From the NCBI GenBank assembly GCA_963804995.1, contig CAWDSK010000006.1, positions 64,001 through 128,000 on the forward strand: 64,000 nt of DNA. Reading direction: 5' to 3'. Each line of letters starts with the position of its first letter. The stretch's first letter is position 1. Shown here one piece after another: positions 62,375-64,000 of this stretch. The DNA is from an uncultured Acidobacteriota bacterium. GTDB lineage: Bacteria > Acidobacteriota > Terriglobia > UBA7540. Both the position numbers and the translations under genes were made by a program. Below the pieces are notes generated by a model, which ran no database searches, had not been told where the DNA came from, and worked only from the letters and a program-made list of their open reading frames with translations.

Positions 62375-62580
62375 CTTTCAAATCAATAGCTTGCGGACGT
62401 TGCGCGCGTCTGTCATGGGCTCAAAAGGGAATTACGGGCGGCGCACTTGTATCCGACTTTGTACCCGCGGCAGACGGAGCATTTTCCGCCTGAGTTTTGC
62501 CATACGCATGGGGACTACTGAGGAGCAATTTCCTCGAACGCTGTTGGGGGGGATCTGGCCCGGAATCCGCGCTCCGGTGG

Positions 62581-63746
62581 CTAAATTTTACGCAGGGCGC
62601 GCTCGAATCCGGGTAGAGCGCGTTCAATGGTTTGGCGAGGAATCGTGAGCGACAGGCGAAAGTGTCCGGCCCGCCCAAAACCCGAGCCTGGCACGGCCAG
62701 GATGCCCTCGTCCATCAGGCTGCGCACAAAGGCCAAGTCGTCAGGTATTGGCGCCTTGGGGAACATATAAAAGGTTCCTTGAGGTTTTGTGACCTCGTAA
62801 CCGAACCGCCTTAAGCCTTCCCAGAGCAGATCTCTTTTTCCTGGTAGGGGCGCGGATCAATCTGGAGATCGGCGACCTCAGCAATAACCCATTGCCAGAT
62901 AGCAGGAGCATTGATAAAACCCAGAATCCGGTTGGCGAAGGTGCAGGCGTCGCGTAGCGCCTGCAGTTCCTGCAGGCAAGGCGAAAGGGCCAGATAACCG
63001 ATTCGCTCCCCGGGAATGGCCAGGGCTTTCGACCATGAATAGGCAAGCACGGTGCGGCGAATGAGCGAGGGAATCACGGGCAGCGTCCGCCCATCAAAGA
63101 TCAGGGATTTATACGGCTCGTCGACGATGACCGTTACGGGGTGATCCAGACCGGAAATCAAACCTTCCAAGTCCAGCAGGAATTCGCGGGAGTAGACCAC
63201 GCCCGTCGGATTATTGGGCGAATTGAGGATGATCGCCTTGGTGCGGGGGGTGATAACGGCGGCGATGCGCCCGATGTCGGGTTGGAACTTATCATCCGTC
63301 TCGACCAGCACCATGCGGCCGGCATGATTCTCAATGTAAAACTGATATTCGGGAAAGAAGGGGACCAGGATGATGACCTCGTCGCCGGGATCGAGCAGCG
63401 CCTTGAGCACCACGTTGATGGCGCCCGCTGCTCCGACCGACATGAGGATGTGATCTGCGGTGTATGCCAGCCCCGTCTGCCCGGAGAGTTGCCGAGCAAT
63501 GACTTCCCGCACCGCGCTGAAGCCCGCATTAGGCATGTAGGCGTGGCTGCGGGGCCGATTGCTATCGACAACCCGGCGCAATGCCGAGATCACCTCTTGC
63601 GGTGGTTCGCCGTCGGGATTCCCCAAGGTGAAATCAAAAACGTTCTCTTCCCCGCGCTCCCGCTTCATCCGGGCGCCAATTTCGAACATGCGCCGAATCC
63701 AGGAGGCGTGTTCCATCTGTTCCGCAATAGTTTTGCCTATACTCAT
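62581..63746 (-). CDS. Class I/II PLP aminotransferase (aspartate aminotransferase-like); frameshift near 62837
   Basis: FTLGNP, NSPNNPTG, DEPY, SWSKALAIPGERIGY; adding one A to the A5 run restores KRDLLWEGL...HFRLS. Confidence 0.9.
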
Positions 63747-63753
63747 TGCATAT

Positions 63754-64000
63754 CAGTGCTGTCCCATTACAAGTCGAACAGGCTCAATTGGATACCTGGA
63801 TCGACATCGGTAGATTGCTCGTTGAAGTTGGAAAAACCCTCTAAAATCGGGGTTTTTTCGAAGATCGTGACACTGAGAATTTCGAGAATTTGATAGAGAC
63901 TCATGTCCAGCCCGAGTTGCTTTTTGGCGATGGCTACCAGAACGTAAGCCGCCAGGGCGACCCACACTTGCGTCTTCACGGCGTTCTCGGAGGTACCGTA
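63754..64000 (-). mobile_element. IS4 family element, 3' end (transposase C-terminus 63767-64000)
   Basis: YGTSENAVKTQVWVAL...SLYQILEILSVTIFEK..QLSLFDL; probable end gggacagcactg; truncated by the window edge. Confidence 0.8.

Overview
A GC-rich bacterial chromosome segment; gene content and repeat style suggest Acidobacteriota/Terriglobia (inference only). The housekeeping backbone is prfB (programmed +1 frameshift), lnt, SPOR, SPFH+NfeD, two TPR proteins, a class A PBP, proS, rpiB-glyA, hpnCDE, tandem tatA, CYTH, polyprenyl synthase, TatD-metG-larC, fumarase, tRNA-Lys(UUU) and tRNA-Glu(UUC). Accessory content includes an arsR-arsM-acr3-arsC-arsC operon, a Phd-VapC pair, a four-ORF IS21 element interrupting an acetamidase gene (5-bp TSD), a partial IS4, and a decaying AT-richer cassette encoding a TPR-HEPN protein and a putative PD-(D/E)XK nuclease. 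The most unusual signal is a dense set of small non-coding elements: (i) cassettes bracketed by inverted heptamer/octamer tandem arrays at gene junctions, one carrying a four-helix-bundle gene remnant; (ii) CTAG-flanked MITEs stacked end to end; (iii) short palindromes that occupy the tips of unrelated REP-like hairpins; (iv) repeats inserted in frame in metG and lnt. LarC has a 97-aa internal duplication with a degenerate first copy. Several single-base frameshifts look like sequencing errors. No CRISPR array or rRNA was found. All calls are by eye; no searches were run.
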